Assembly: GCA_949358305.1 (NCBI GenBank)
Contig: OX442314.1
Span: forward strand, 5,766,001 to 5,830,000
DNA: 64,000 nucleotides
Source of the DNA: Strigamia acuminata
Lineage: Eukaryota
Direction of reading: 5' to 3'
In this document: piece after piece, positions 13,975 through 25,944 of the stretch
How the letters are laid out: every line of letters starts with the position of its first letter
How positions within the stretch are numbered: position 1 is the stretch's first letter
Notes under the pieces: model-generated
What the model was told of the DNA's origin: nothing
What the model saw: the letters and a program-made list of their open reading frames with translations, nothing else
Databases searched by the model: none
Position numbers and translations under genes: made by a program

Positions 13975-15429
13975 TCAGAAAATCGACTCTTCAGTTGCCT
14001 CTGTTGAGACGGCGGAAAACACAGCTTCCTCTGGAGCCTCAATTTCTTCCGGGCTCGGAGGCGGGAACGGCAGGTCCTCGAGGAGCTCGGCCACGAAATC
14101 GATGACAGAAATCATCTCTTCGGCGTCTTCGAACTGTGCCTCGTCCGAAGTTTCAGACTTAGACGCGAGAGGGGCGTTCGACACGTTGGTTACGACCGCT
14201 GGAGGATCCTCCACGGTTTTGGACGTCGCTTCTACGGCTTGCTGGAGCTTGCGAGCTCGCCCTCGTGCCAAGATGTTGGTTCGTTGAACCTTGGCAATTT
14301 CCTTCGCTCGGTCGAGCGTCAGACAGCCTCGTCCACGCGACATCGTCCTTGGTCGAGCGACTTCTTCCTGCACCTCGCTTCCGACGCTTTCAGCGGCCTG
14401 GACAGTTTCAGTGGAAACTTCGGAGTCCTCGGACGGTGGTGGCGATTGTCGAAGGAGTTCGACTCTTACACCGGCGTTGGCTTCAGCGCGGGTCCAGGTG
14501 AGAAAACGTGGGTCGATATACACAGCCTCGCCGCGGCTGTTTAAAAACAATCGACACTTTGGGCAGTGAGCCCAACATCGCTTCTCGTTAGGCTTAATGC
14601 CTTTCACTACGTGGGGCTGAACCTCCTTTCTCCACGGCTCCAAACGCGGTCGCGTTTTCCTTCCACGGCAGTTCGGACAACGCATTAGTGAAGAACCTGC
14701 GGATGCACCGCAGCACCACCCACAGCCGACGCAAAATGGGCAGATCGTCTCCGTGGCTTGGTCGGTCACGATGTTATCGTGCGGAATTCCAGCTGCCATG
14801 TCACGTTCGCACTGTTCTTTGCGCAGTCGGGCCTTCTCGTCCTTCTTTCTTGCCTTATTGGCCGCTCGGTACTCGCAATTGCGAGACACAGGCTCCGAAA
14901 AACGTAAAGCGCCCGGCGGTGGCTCATTCCATCCGTATTCTGATGCCGAAGATTCAGCACCGGCAGGGAGACGCACATCAGACGTTGATTGTCCCGCTAC
15001 AGTCGGTGCAGTCGCATTCGACGTGTTGGCGACGGTAGGCGCCACGCTTGCAGTTGGCGGCCGAAATTCTGGTGAATGCGGGGCCAATGGGACGTTGATA
15101 ACGTTTGCGGGCGGAAATGCCACCTGGGCCAGCGGGGCCAATTGCGCCGACTCATAAACGGTTGGCTGCGCAGATGTGGACGGGGCCTGCATCATCGAAT
15201 TCAAATCGAGCGGAAGTCCGTCCGGATGGACGCTCAGCCAATTTAGCGTTGCGAGTTGCAGCGGCGTCAGGGTGTACATCGAGGCGGGCGCCGTCGGTAT
15301 CGGTTGGGCCCTCATGTAAGCACGTTCCGCTGAACGGCGTTGCTCGTCACTAGACGAGGTGGACGAGCTGGAGCTTTCGTGACGGTGACGTCGATGACTC
15401 CGTTTTGAACGGTGTTTACCACCTCCCAT
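13975..15429 (-). CDS. Family A ORF3, ~484-aa non-env accessory protein with DnaJ-like CxxCxGxG zinc finger
   Basis: Open frame; CPFCVGCGWCC..CPNCRGR..CWAHCPKC; basic/Ser-rich N-terminus, acidic C-terminus; no signal peptide or TM segment visible; ATG directly after TTGTGCAG acceptor. Confidence 0.88.
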   Translation of the reverse strand: MGGGKHRSKRSHRRHRHESSSSSTSSSDEQRRSAERAYMRAQPIPTAPASMYTLTPLQLATLNWLSVHPDGLPLDLNSMMQAPSTSAQPTVYESAQLAPLAQVAFPPANVINVPLAPHSPEFRPPTASVAPTVANTSNATAPTVAGQSTSDVRLPAGAESSASEYGWNEPPPGALRFSEPVSRNCEYRAANKARKKDEKARLRKEQCERDMAAGIPHDNIVTDQATETICPFCVGCGWCCGASAGSSLMRCPNCRGRKTRPRLEPWRKEVQPHVVKGIKPNEKRCWAHCPKCRLFLNSRGEAVYIDPRFLTWTRAEANAGVRVELLRQSPPPSEDSEVSTETVQAAESVGSEVQEEVARPRTMSRGRGCLTLDRAKEIAKVQRTNILARGRARKLQQAVEATSKTVEDPPAVVTNVSNAPLASKSETSDEAQFEDAEEMISVIDFVAELLEDLPFPPPSPEEIEAPEEAVFSAVSTEATEESIF

Positions 15430-16485
15430 CTGCACAAGCAAATAAATTATTTTATTAAAAATAATTCCACTCTAAATAATCATTCCTTGAGTCCAAAGAA
15501 TTTAAAACGTATTGTTCGCAACGAAAATACACAACTCGAGTTATTTATAACCCTTAACACGAGACACTAATGAGTCACATTCCCCTTGTGTTTATGACAC
15601 GAGAATGAACTCGCCGGCAAAGATTTTCATCGAAAATCGCACCTTGTTGATTTTTCAAAAGAAAAATTCTTTTAGTTTCTATAAACTATTCAATCCAATC
15701 CTCAAATATCAGGATAACCTTCGTATTAGTTAATTAACACTTAATACACCGAATATTTCAAATTGAAAATTCATCGCTAAATAATTTATACAAGCCTCGA
15801 CCGCGACTTGATTTAAATAATTAGTGCCTACATACTTAAATTTTAATAATTCATTATCAAAATCTAAACTAAACTATTCGACTGAATAGCTAAACTTCCA
15901 GAGTGATTTAATGCCGATTCACGCTTATAACAACACGTGAATTTCTAACTTTTATCGGGACGCCGATATTTTTTAATTGTTGCGAACAATTTTTTGTAAT
16001 TCTTTGGTCAAAGAATAATTTCGAAAACTACTTACTGTTGAAGCTTGTTTTCCTTGCTTTTACTGAAGTTGCTAATTGAGTTAGCGCTGAAATTTCTGAG
16101 TCGAAAAAGTGAAGCGGAAGCGAAGAGACGAAGTCAACTTGTATCCACGTGTGTTACGAAGTGTTTGGTGCAAAGAACCCTGGGAATTTTATTCCCTATT
16201 AATTGTCGGGTTCGAGGTTTAATCACACCTCGTAAGTCTCGTATCCTCGTGAAGAGGCGAGATTATCACTTTTCAAAGTAATTCTCCGTATATTATTTAG
16301 AATACTTCTAAATACGACCAAAAAATTAAAATATTCTATCGAATATTTAATTCATCGCAACAAATTCATATTTTTAATATAAATTTCAATAAATATCGTA
16401 ATATCTTGTCCCCCGGTGTTGAGATTATAAATCACTACACCTGTCAGACATGTAAATAATTACAGTCTTCGAGTTTTGGATAAAA

Positions 16486-19400
16486 CTAATCAATTCCAAC
16501 AAAACTTTGAGGCTTTGCCATGTTGTTGGTAAGGTTTCTTAAATACTGCGGAAATATTTCGCACGAAATTTTCATCCGCATATTTAGGATTTGGTTTTCG
16601 TTCTCGTCGTGGACGAGCGCTAGTTCGAGGCGAATGTTGTACATTTCGCAATACTCATTGTAAATATCGGAAACAAATTGTTTTCCGTTATCGCTCACAA
16701 TCTTTTTGGGGTGTCCCCATCTGTTTGTAACAGATCTTAATTCTTGAACGCAGTTAGCGCTCGTGGCTTTGGTCAAAGCCTTAATTTCAACGAACTTGGT
16801 ACAATTATCAATAATGACAAAAATATACTGGTTTTAGGACCTTCCCGCGGGTTTTGGGCCCATCAAGTCCATGTTAATACATTCCCAAGGATTGGTCATG
16901 TTATGCGGTGTGTAAGGAGCTGCGTGCCTTTTCTGTTGAATAGGCTTGTACTGGGCACAGTGCGTGCAGCTTTTGACGTAGTTCCTGACACTTTTACTCA
17001 TACCAGGCCAGAAATATATTAAACAAGTTTTTTCAAGCGTCTTACTCATCCCAGCGTGACCGCTTAGGGGGTGGCCATGACAAGCGAAGAGTACTCGCTT
17101 TACGAGTGCACTGGGTACAACGGCTTTAAAGCCATTTCCCGAATCGTTTAACTCCTCTTCGAACGAAGGGTTAAAATAGATGATCATTTGATCACCATCA
17201 ACTTCCTTTTTGTCTAAACAATAGTTTTTGACTTTGTTTTTCCATTCTTTTATTTCAGATTGTGGTATCCCAACAACCTTGTCATTTAATAAATATTCTC
17301 GAATGCGTTTGCATTCGGTATCTAACAACTGAGCATCTATTATTTCTCTCCGTGTAGGAGGGACTTCTTTAAGTACTTCAGTCAACGCACTGTACAAGGT
17401 TTCTTGTACTTCCGCCCCCTCCCTTTCTTCAGAACATTCTTTAGAATTTTCTGAAAAATAGGAACGCATACTAGCCAAAAATTCTCGTTTTTCTGGGGCA
17501 CGATTTAATGAAACAGAAGGATTTCCGTCCCATTCAGGCCAGTATTGTTTAATTTCGACAGGTTCCACATGATCTCGAAGAGGAATGTCTTCATCTGTTA
17601 GTGGGGCTCTTGAAAGTGCATCTGCAATTTGATTAGCAGCACCTTTTTGAAAAACAATTTTAAAATTTCCACATTGGATTCTTAAGGCCCATCGGCCAAA
17701 TTTCCCAGATGGTTCAGGCGTTCGCATCAACCATTTCAATGCTTCAGCATCTGATTCCAAAGTGAATGTGCCATATTCAAGATATGGTTTAAATCGATCA
17801 ATAGCCCACACGACTGCGAGACATTCAAGTTCGGGCGTTGTATAACGCTTCTCCGCTCCACGTAAAACTCTGCTTGCGTAAGCAACGAGTCTGGGTACAG
17901 AAATGTTTTTCTGCTTCTTTTCGTCGAATATATCGACGTCTTGGCAAAGGACAGCTCCTAAGCCTTCGTGAGAAGCGTCAGTCATGACGACAAATGGCAG
18001 AGTCATGTCTGGTTTGTGTAGACAATGGTCGCCACAAAGTAGCTCTTTAATTTTATTAAAAGCTTCTGTCTGCTCATCTCCCCATTCAAATGGAGTTTTC
18101 TCATTCATCATACGTGTGTATGGTGCGGCAATAGTTCCGTGATTTGGAACAAACTTCCTGAAGAAGTTAGTCATGCCGTGAAAACGCTGAATGTCTTTAG
18201 CACACGTGGGGGTGGGAAACTTCATAATCGCCGATATTTTATCGGGATCACCGAAGAGACCTTTGGGTTTAATCCAGTGGCCCAAGAATTTTAATTCTGT
18301 ACGCCCAAAACGAGATTTCGCTTTATTTATTGTCATGTTGGCTTGGTTAAGCCTTTCCAAAACATCTCGAACGTGTTTGAGATGATCATCCCAATTATCT
18401 GAATACACAATTACGTCATCTAAATAGACTAACGCGTAGTCTTGCAAAGCTGAGCCTAAAATGCCTTCCATCAGACGCTGGAAAGTACAAGGCGCATTGC
18501 AAAGGCCAAATGGCATTCGCACAAATTGATATGGACCATTTGGTGTATAAAAGGCCGTCTTTGGACGATCTTCCTCACACATTTCGACCTGATAGTAACC
18601 TTTGACAAGGTCAATGGACGTAAAATACTTTGCCGGACCAGTATTATGCAATAAAAGGTCAATACTTGGCATTTGTATTACTTCGACTTCGGTGATGGCA
18701 TTCAGCCACCGGTAGTCGATGCACATCCTATACGAGCCGTCAGGCTTCGCAACTATAACTGGATGACTTATAAAAGGCCCTTTGGCCTTTTCAATGAGTC
18801 CATCCTGTTCCAATTCTGCAGCTAGCTTGGTCATAATGGCTCTCTTGGCCGGGTTATACATTCTATACTGCATTTTGGGCAATGAATGCCCTTCTTTGAA
18901 TTTAATACGATGCTGGGTCACGTTAGTGCACCCAACTTGATCACGAAATACATTCGGTATTGAGTTAACCACTTCGCGAAGTGCTAGTCGTTGTTCTGGA
19001 GTGCAGTCGCTCTCCTCAACTAATTTTTCATCCCAAGTCAAGACAGGAGTGTCTGTTAACTCAATTGAGTTGAGAGTGGACGACAGTTCTAAATAATCGA
19101 AAGTAATTCGATTCAACGGGGCGAGGGCCAAATTGGCTTCTTCCGACTCATAAGGGGCGGACCAATTGGGTTTATCTGCACAAGAGAACTCTTGTAAATG
19201 TGGATGCGGACTAATTTTCTGTCTGCGCATGAAATTGTGACCAAGTATCAAGCCACAAACTCGTTTTGCTAAAACGATGAAATTCATTGGTGTAAATTCA
19301 TCAGCCCATTGCACGCACAAAGTTATTTGTCCGACAGGCTTGTGGGCTACGCCTACAGCGTTAACCAACATGTTTCTGGGAGCCTCTTGCAAAAATTCTG

Positions 19401-19794
19401 GCAAAGCCTGAGTTTCAGACAAGAGTTGTTCCCCGATGTAACATTGAGATGCTCCTGTATCCATGAGCGCGTTGTAGGTGAGTCCACCAATTGTGATCTT
19501 CATTCGAGGATCATCTTTATTATTACCTAAAGTAATATTGTGCAAATTATTACCACCTATGACTCTGTTGAGTCGGCGGAGTCTACAGAATTTCTTCGTG
19601 TAGCACTTGTGTGGAAACAATGTCAGATTTTTTAATTGTTCTGTCATTTTTTGCAGATTTTCATCCACTCCGCCACTATGACTAGTGGCTATGTCTAGAC
19701 AAACAGTGTCTACATCCATAAATAAAGATTCCGACGCAGCATTAGCCACTTCTGGGGGATGGAACAAACCTTCGTCCCCCGGATCTAGTTTTTT
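16486..19794 (-). pseudogene. pol: Family A copy 2 pol; PR-RT-RH intact, integrase broken
   Basis: 977-aa ORF ending at a premature TAA (16834) in the integrase core; ~900-bp deletion at ~16628 relative to copy 1. Confidence 0.93.
19754..19794 (-). promoter_or_regulatory. Candidate -1 ribosomal frameshift signal (A_AAA_AAC plus GGGGGA..TCCCCC stem)
   Basis: Heptamer at 19788-19794 just before the gag stop; pol is in the -1 frame; 7-nt spacer then a G/C stem. Confidence 0.75.
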
Positions 19795-21998
19795 GAACTA
19801 GTAGCACTTGAATCGGCAGATTCAGGTTTGATCAAAGTCTTGACCATTTCGGCCAACGAGTTGGTCAGCGAAGTTTGTAACTTATTTTCAAAAGTATTTA
19901 ATTTCGCATCAAGTTTAGCATCTAGTGTTGCATCCAACACTTCTTGAGTTATCCACCTATTATTAGGCCGTTTAGAGGTTGGATCCACAGTCGGGGAATC
20001 CGGGGTACTTCGTTTTTGCAACTCTTCAGAGTTGAAATTTGTACGTGGTTTTAAATCTGGACATTCTCGACGCATGTGTCCTGGTTTCTTACAGTGGTAA
20101 CAAACTAATTGACCACGTCTGGTCTGATCTACTGCTCCATTTATTAAATAGACAGCTTCACATTCTTCGGGTAACTCTTCATCACAAATATTAAGTTGTT
20201 CTTGTGAATCCAAAGTTAAGGATTTAGCATTTGTCTTCAACTGAGAACGAGTGTCTGTTTTCCGAGGTGGGAAAACAACTGGATTGGAATTATTTTCCTT
20301 TACTCCATTAGCTGTACGACTGTACAGACCTTTATTTTTTGTTATAACGGTATAAATCTCTGTCAGAGGTAAATCCGCTATGCCTTGCGTATGCAAAAGC
20401 AAATCGTTAGCAGGAGTTACACTCCCGATAAAAAGACATCCAGCCCCTTTTGCATCAAGACTGTCTTGCAATATCCATAACTGGTAATATTTGTGCATAA
20501 AGTCATAAAGACTTTCTGTTTCGAGTTGTCTCAACTTAGTTAGTTGGTTCGTCCGCTCTTGTCGAGTGGCTACAAACCGTTCTTTGAACGCCTGTTCAAA
20601 TACTTCCCAAGATATGAAATCTTCTCTCCTCTCATGGAACCAACCATGCGCCTGCTCGGTTAGATAACCGGCTACGCCTTTAACAAGCATGTCATCGAGT
20701 GACATGTTTCGCAGGAAAGCGACATTTTTTACAATGGTGAGAAAGCGTTCGCTTTCTTCTGCTTTTCCGGAGAATACGGGAATGTCTGGGGGCTTCAAAC
20801 AGTTAGTTTGAGGGACAGTGGCGGGACTTTTTCCTGCCTGCATCAACTTGTGCATGGTCGTGGCAATGGACGCGAGGTCATCAGCCGTCATTCCAAAGCT
20901 ACTGGGGGGGCGCGAATTGTCATTTGACGATCCGCCATTGTTTGGTTGACTCGAGTTATTTTGACTTGAGCTACCACTATTGGGATTGAAATTATTCGAC
21001 CCTCCTTGATTTGACCTACCGTGGTTACCAAAGTTCGAATGGTTATTCGAATTGCCTTGGTTCCCAAAATTCGAATGATTATTAGAATTACCCTGATTGT
21101 CAAAATTCGGACGATAGTTCGAATTACCGGGCGTACCCTGATTCAAATAATTATTTGAATTTCCTGTAGTTCCAGTAGAAGGATTATTTAAATCGTTCGG
21201 ATTATTTGGGTTGTTCGAGTTCGGAGGAACTGGGTGACCCTTTTGCAAGTTAGGTGCGGGACTAGAATTGTTTGCAAATCTAGAATTTGGGTCAAAACGG
21301 TAGTTTGGACCTCTAGTCACATTTAAATTTGGATTCAAATTTCCAGCGAGATTCGGACAGCTAGTTGATCTGTTGGGGAAACTTGGAGTAGGATTGGCCA
21401 TATTCGGCGGACCCATATTCGCTCTGTTGAACGTATTCTCAAAGTTTCCGGGATTAGTAAATCCCCTTTGTTGGTTGCGAGCGAAGTTATTCGCTCGTAA
21501 TCGTTGTTGGAAAGCACGATTAAAATCTCCTGGTGTCAAATTCGGTTGAGTTTGTCTAGGAGGTTGTTGCGCAGTTTTATTTCTATATCTAGAAATAGGT
21601 GTCGAAGGAGTGGAGCTAAAATTATTTAATCTTTGGCTGGCTGGGGAATTAGGTTGCTCCGACGTAGCACGACGCGTGTGCACAAAATCTAACACTTCGG
21701 TCAAAGATCTAAATTGGTTTGGGTTCAAACCGTGATCCTGACAAAATAATAGACCGCCTCGACCTAAATGAGAACCTTCAGGAATGCATTCCTCTTCTCC
21801 AGGCGGAGTAGGTTCACATGGAGCCCTATTTTCTCCAGATGGTCCGGCTGTTTCATTTGAAACGCCATTATGGACCGCGTGGTTTCCCACTTCTTCAATT
21901 CCATTAGGAACAGGTATAAACCCAGATAGATTCATTCCACCGGTCAAACAAATTCTTTCCTTACCACGGGTGTTCATGTGATGCTGGTTATTAGTCAT
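19785..21998 (-). CDS. gag: Family A gag, 737 aa, intact
   Basis: N/G/S-rich low-complexity region, capsid region (IPVFSG..AHGWF..W..F...FKERF), CCHC knuckle. Confidence 0.95.
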   Translation of the reverse strand: MTNNQHHMNTRGKERICLTGGMNLSGFIPVPNGIEEVGNHAVHNGVSNETAGPSGENRAPCEPTPPGEEECIPEGSHLGRGGLLFCQDHGLNPNQFRSLTEVLDFVHTRRATSEQPNSPASQRLNNFSSTPSTPISRYRNKTAQQPPRQTQPNLTPGDFNRAFQQRLRANNFARNQQRGFTNPGNFENTFNRANMGPPNMANPTPSFPNRSTSCPNLAGNLNPNLNVTRGPNYRFDPNSRFANNSSPAPNLQKGHPVPPNSNNPNNPNDLNNPSTGTTGNSNNYLNQGTPGNSNYRPNFDNQGNSNNHSNFGNQGNSNNHSNFGNHGRSNQGGSNNFNPNSGSSSQNNSSQPNNGGSSNDNSRPPSSFGMTADDLASIATTMHKLMQAGKSPATVPQTNCLKPPDIPVFSGKAEESERFLTIVKNVAFLRNMSLDDMLVKGVAGYLTEQAHGWFHERREDFISWEVFEQAFKERFVATRQERTNQLTKLRQLETESLYDFMHKYYQLWILQDSLDAKGAGCLFIGSVTPANDLLLHTQGIADLPLTEIYTVITKNKGLYSRTANGVKENNSNPVVFPPRKTDTRSQLKTNAKSLTLDSQEQLNICDEELPEECEAVYLINGAVDQTRRGQLVCYHCKKPGHMRRECPDLKPRTNFNSEELQKRSTPDSPTVDPTSKRPNNRWITQEVLDATLDAKLDAKLNTFENKLQTSLTNSLAEMVKTLIKPESADSSATSSKN

Positions 21999-23127
21999 AA
22001 CTAAACTTAAAACTGAGAAAATTTCCTAAGTCTGAGAGATAACGATGAAGTTGCAAACGTTCAAGAGGATCGCAAACGAAGCAGTGGTCACACTAGTTCG
22101 AAAGGAAGTATGGGTACTTCGATACACCCCTCTGATTGGTCAAGTATCAACGCTAGTCTCGCGAGAGTCCAATCTCGTCCGAGATTGGTGGAAATCACCA
22201 AGTTCGTGGAACCGTAATCTTGGCAGATTCCAGTGTTATGACGTAGTCACCAAACAAAAATGGATACTTTTTCAAAGTATTTTTAAAATATCACCGCATT
22301 TATTAATAAATGAATGATCACCTTTATGGAATTTTTTAAAGTTCTATAACTCGTAATTTCAAAAAGACGCGCTGATTCGTTTGAATCGACGGCTTTTCTG
22401 CACAACACGGGTTGCTAGGCAACACAACAGCGAGAATTCTTCTTCGCTAAAATTCGAATGGTATTCCATTCGTAAAATTCGATTTCAATGGCTTGAGATC
22501 ACGATTTTCAACCAACATTTTAATGTAGATCAAGTCTGTAAAATAAGGTAAACCCATTCTAAATAAAATATAAATTTTACTTCACTGAGAAAACTGTCAA
22601 TTTTCTTTCTAATTTATTTAGGCAAATAAATTTAGGTTTAACTTGAAGTCTCAAGCGAAATACATGTGGAAAAACATTTCTAAAATAAAACAACTGTTAA
22701 ATTGATAGAATTCTTTAAGAATTCCGTCAAAAGGTCAACTTTTCAAAATTAGGCCCGACCGCGTGGTTTTGTCAGATTGTCGACGACAAAATGACGTTAC
22801 CCGGGCGGAGCCAACTTCAACAAGTTCGGGCAAGACTCCTATTCTCGGGGTTGGGCCTTTAGGCCTGACCACGCGGTAGAAATTATTAGTTTTGTTAAAA
22901 CACATAATTTCTCCGACGGAAAATCGGAATAAAGTGAATTACACTTATTTTCTTGCGAGAAGTTCTAAAACAGAATAAAATATATTAAACTACTAATTCT
23001 ATTATAAACATTTCATTTGAAACTCTGTCGTAAAATTTCATTTGAAATTTTAACACTGTAAGCACCTACTCGAGTTCTCACAAAACACATTACAATTCCA
23101 AAAAATTCATTTGAATTTTGCAGCCTA

Positions 23128-23144
23128 TCTCGGTAGAACCTCCA
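23128..23144 (-). promoter_or_regulatory. Primer-binding site, tRNA-Gln
   Basis: Same 17-mer as 10351-10367, adjacent to the LTR. Confidence 0.88.
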
Positions 23145-23146
23145 CT

Positions 23147-24882
23147 TGTGACGATTCTACTTTTGGCTGATTTAATAGCCATTTAAGATAGATAAATAAT
23201 CGGTTTAAACAAGACGTTGCTAGGAGTAGCAACAACCTAACCGAGATAAGCTTACGGAAGTCTGTGTAAAATATGAATCAATGACTGAGTAGAAATAACT
23301 TACAGTATTAGTGTGACATAACATATTTATTACTAAATATTAACGATAACATAATTGGGTTCTTGACGCGTGTAAACGGGCGGCATCAACTGGTTGAGGA
23401 TCCGGGCGAAGCCAAAGGGATACGGCTGACTTGCGGCATCGTCACAAATAACGCTACGGAGACGTATTTGGTCCGCAGCTCGAGTATCTAATGATGCGAA
23501 GAGTCCTTCGCACAAATAGGAATATTCGGCAGAATATTCCATATTCCAAATGAATAAATGTAAAGTGATTAATGGAATATAACAAATGAATTGTTATATA
23601 AATATTAATTGGGCGGGGACCGTCACGACAATTGAGAGAACGTCGCGGGAGTTGTTGAGACTCCATCCGCCAGCATGCCTTACGACGACAAGATCTCGTG
23701 ATCAGGCGCCGAGTATTTAATTGTACGCTTTAATTCGCTATCGGTGGTACCAACCACCAGGTAAACATTTCTATGGACTTACCGGGTTTAAAAGATATTG
23801 CCAATACAGGATTACCAATGCCAGAGTAATTTGTTTAACACGATATATTTTATATATCGTTCACGGGTTACTAACCCGGAGGGTACGATGGGGCGGGGAC
23901 CGTCACGACGGTCGAGAGAACCATCGCGGGAGGATTTGACTCCTCCATCCGCCAGCATGCCTTACGATGACGGGATCCATTGATCGAGCACCGGGTAAAA
24001 TATTACTTGGCCACTGCCGTTGGATTACCATTATCCAGGTAGTTGTTTCTCGCAACATCTTGAAGATATTACTCACGGGCTACCAACCCGGCGTGTTACC
24101 TGTGCATTAGGCCTTTACCCACTTTTAACGAGCGGAAGGACCAATCGTAGAAAGACGGGAACCTGCGTGGGCTGTTTACAACAACCATCCTGCAGCGGAC
24201 TGAGGCCAGTTAGCTGAGGGACCTACTTTCATCTAGCAAGGTCGTTATATTAAGCCACCGTACGAAATCCTACTGTCCCGTAGAACAGCTGGCTAACGTT
24301 ACGGGACCATTTCATGCGAGCGCATGTCTATTACCGGGTTGGTCTTCCCGAAAATGCCCTACAACAGTAATAACAAAATAGTAATGAATACTAATTGTGG
24401 AGAACTGAGGTGGCCTGATGTGTCGATAGAGAATAATGAAATCAAACGATAACAATTCAACTACAGACAATATACAAGTTCAGTTATCAAGCCAGGGGGG
24501 TGAGTGGGTGAGAAACTGATGCTTATATAGTTCTGTAGAACTACTAGATTGGCGACAGCCAATCAGCGTACGAATCGGCGGATTCGTGAGTCACTAGTCC
24601 GGACCTAATATATGACTACGTCCAGATGGGCCCAGTTGGGGGTGGGAAGGGTCCAATTGGCCCCCTTCGACAGGTAAGTAATGTGGATATTGATTCGATA
24701 GAATCAACTTTGTCAAGTAAATAATACTTAGTTTATATCGAATAAAATAGTTATATTTTATTCACCGTGTCTAAATAATTATTTATCACACTTTTTAGTT
24801 TTATCGAGTTTGAATTACGCGCGTTTGGTAAACAGCGCCATCTATTGTGAACATTGATAAATACGGATTTGTAATCATCACA
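23147..24882 (-). repeat. Family A 5' LTR (copy 2)
   Basis: TG...CA ends, 1736 bp; near-identical to the solo LTR at 62228-63978. Confidence 0.95.
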
Positions 24883-25329
24883 TCCCGACCCGATAAAACA
24901 AAAACACCAAAAATGATGAAAATAAAAAACGATTAATTAAAACAAATTAAGTGAGTAAGAATTAAATTTCTAGAAACTTCGTATTTGTGTTACGTCTTAG
25001 GTTAACTTGACTACAACTCATAACCAAACTTAAAATTATTGAATTAGATGGATCGAAGTGTTTTTGTGCGTGTCACAGTGCATTCGAGCGACCAAAAATG
25101 ACAAAAAAAAAATTTTCTTCCAAGAATAAAATCAATTTCAATTGTTCCCTAAGAGGGCGGTCAAGATAGTCAAGTCGAAATTTTTTATATTTTCCATAAA
25201 TGAATCAATCATCGTCATAGACAGAGTTACCATGGAACATAAGACGTTAGAGTAAACAGAATTGAAGAGCCAAGTCTGAACTCAGCTCTGGTCTGGCTCC
25301 AAATACGGAAACTACAGTAGTACTGTATA

Positions 25330-25836
25330 ATGCAGAAAAAATACTTGATAGGAAGAAATATGCGAAGAATAAGAAAACTACGTACAGAAATTCAACTCGT
25401 GATAAAAGATGACGCCACAAAACCAAACTCCAGTTTAATTGGTCTGGATGATTTCGTAAACAGTAGAAAACATTGGAGCAGACGTCATAAACTTTGGCTA
25501 ATTTTGCTCCTATTTTGCACATGCATGCTCACTTATCAGACATATGATCGAATAATGCATTACTTAAGTTATCCTACGGCTGTTGATGTAACGACTAAAT
25601 CAGAAGATATTGAATTACCAAATTTGATGATCTGCAGTGGAAACACAAAAGAAATGGCCAGGCTTTGGAATAAAACTTATGAGAACATCAAGACTGCTGG
25701 ACCAATTGATTACGGTTCAGTCCCATATGAATGTGCAAACATGGTCAAAAGTCTGATGGCAATTCCAAATTATGATATGGATGAACTTTGGAGAGCGACC
25801 AATTTGGCCAAAGAGATAGTCGGCATTAAAATGAAG
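25330..25836 (+). CDS. DEG/ENaC (pickpocket/ASIC-like) channel exon: N-terminus, TM1, start of ectodomain
   Basis: KLWLILLLFCTCMLTYQTYDRIMHYLSYPTAVDV...ELPNLMICS fits TM1 plus the YL.YP and (F)P.vTiC motifs; GT donor at 25837. Confidence 0.85.
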
Positions 25837-25890
25837 GTAGATAAAATAAAATTAATTTTTTAAATTATAAGTCCTAATTTAACAAAACAG

Positions 25891-25944
25891 CTGTTCTGAC
25901 GAAAACTGACACTTCATATGGAATATGCTCAACATTTCGATTTT
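25891..25944 (+). pseudogene. Probable next DEG/ENaC exon fragment (T..G.C.TF motif)
   Basis: VLTKTDTSYGICSTFR after a CAG acceptor; splice phase does not match the 25837 donor, so possibly decayed. Confidence 0.55.

Larger units (their letters stand above)
12151..24882 (-). mobile_element. Ty3/Gypsy LTR retrotransposon, family A copy 2 (defective pol, damaged 3' LTR)
   Basis: 5' LTR, PBS, intact gag, pol, ORF3, PPT, partial 3' LTR. Confidence 0.95.

Noticed and set aside
13975..15441. env gene in family A (and 48151-50976 in family B)
   Set aside because: No signal peptide, fusion peptide or TM anchor visible
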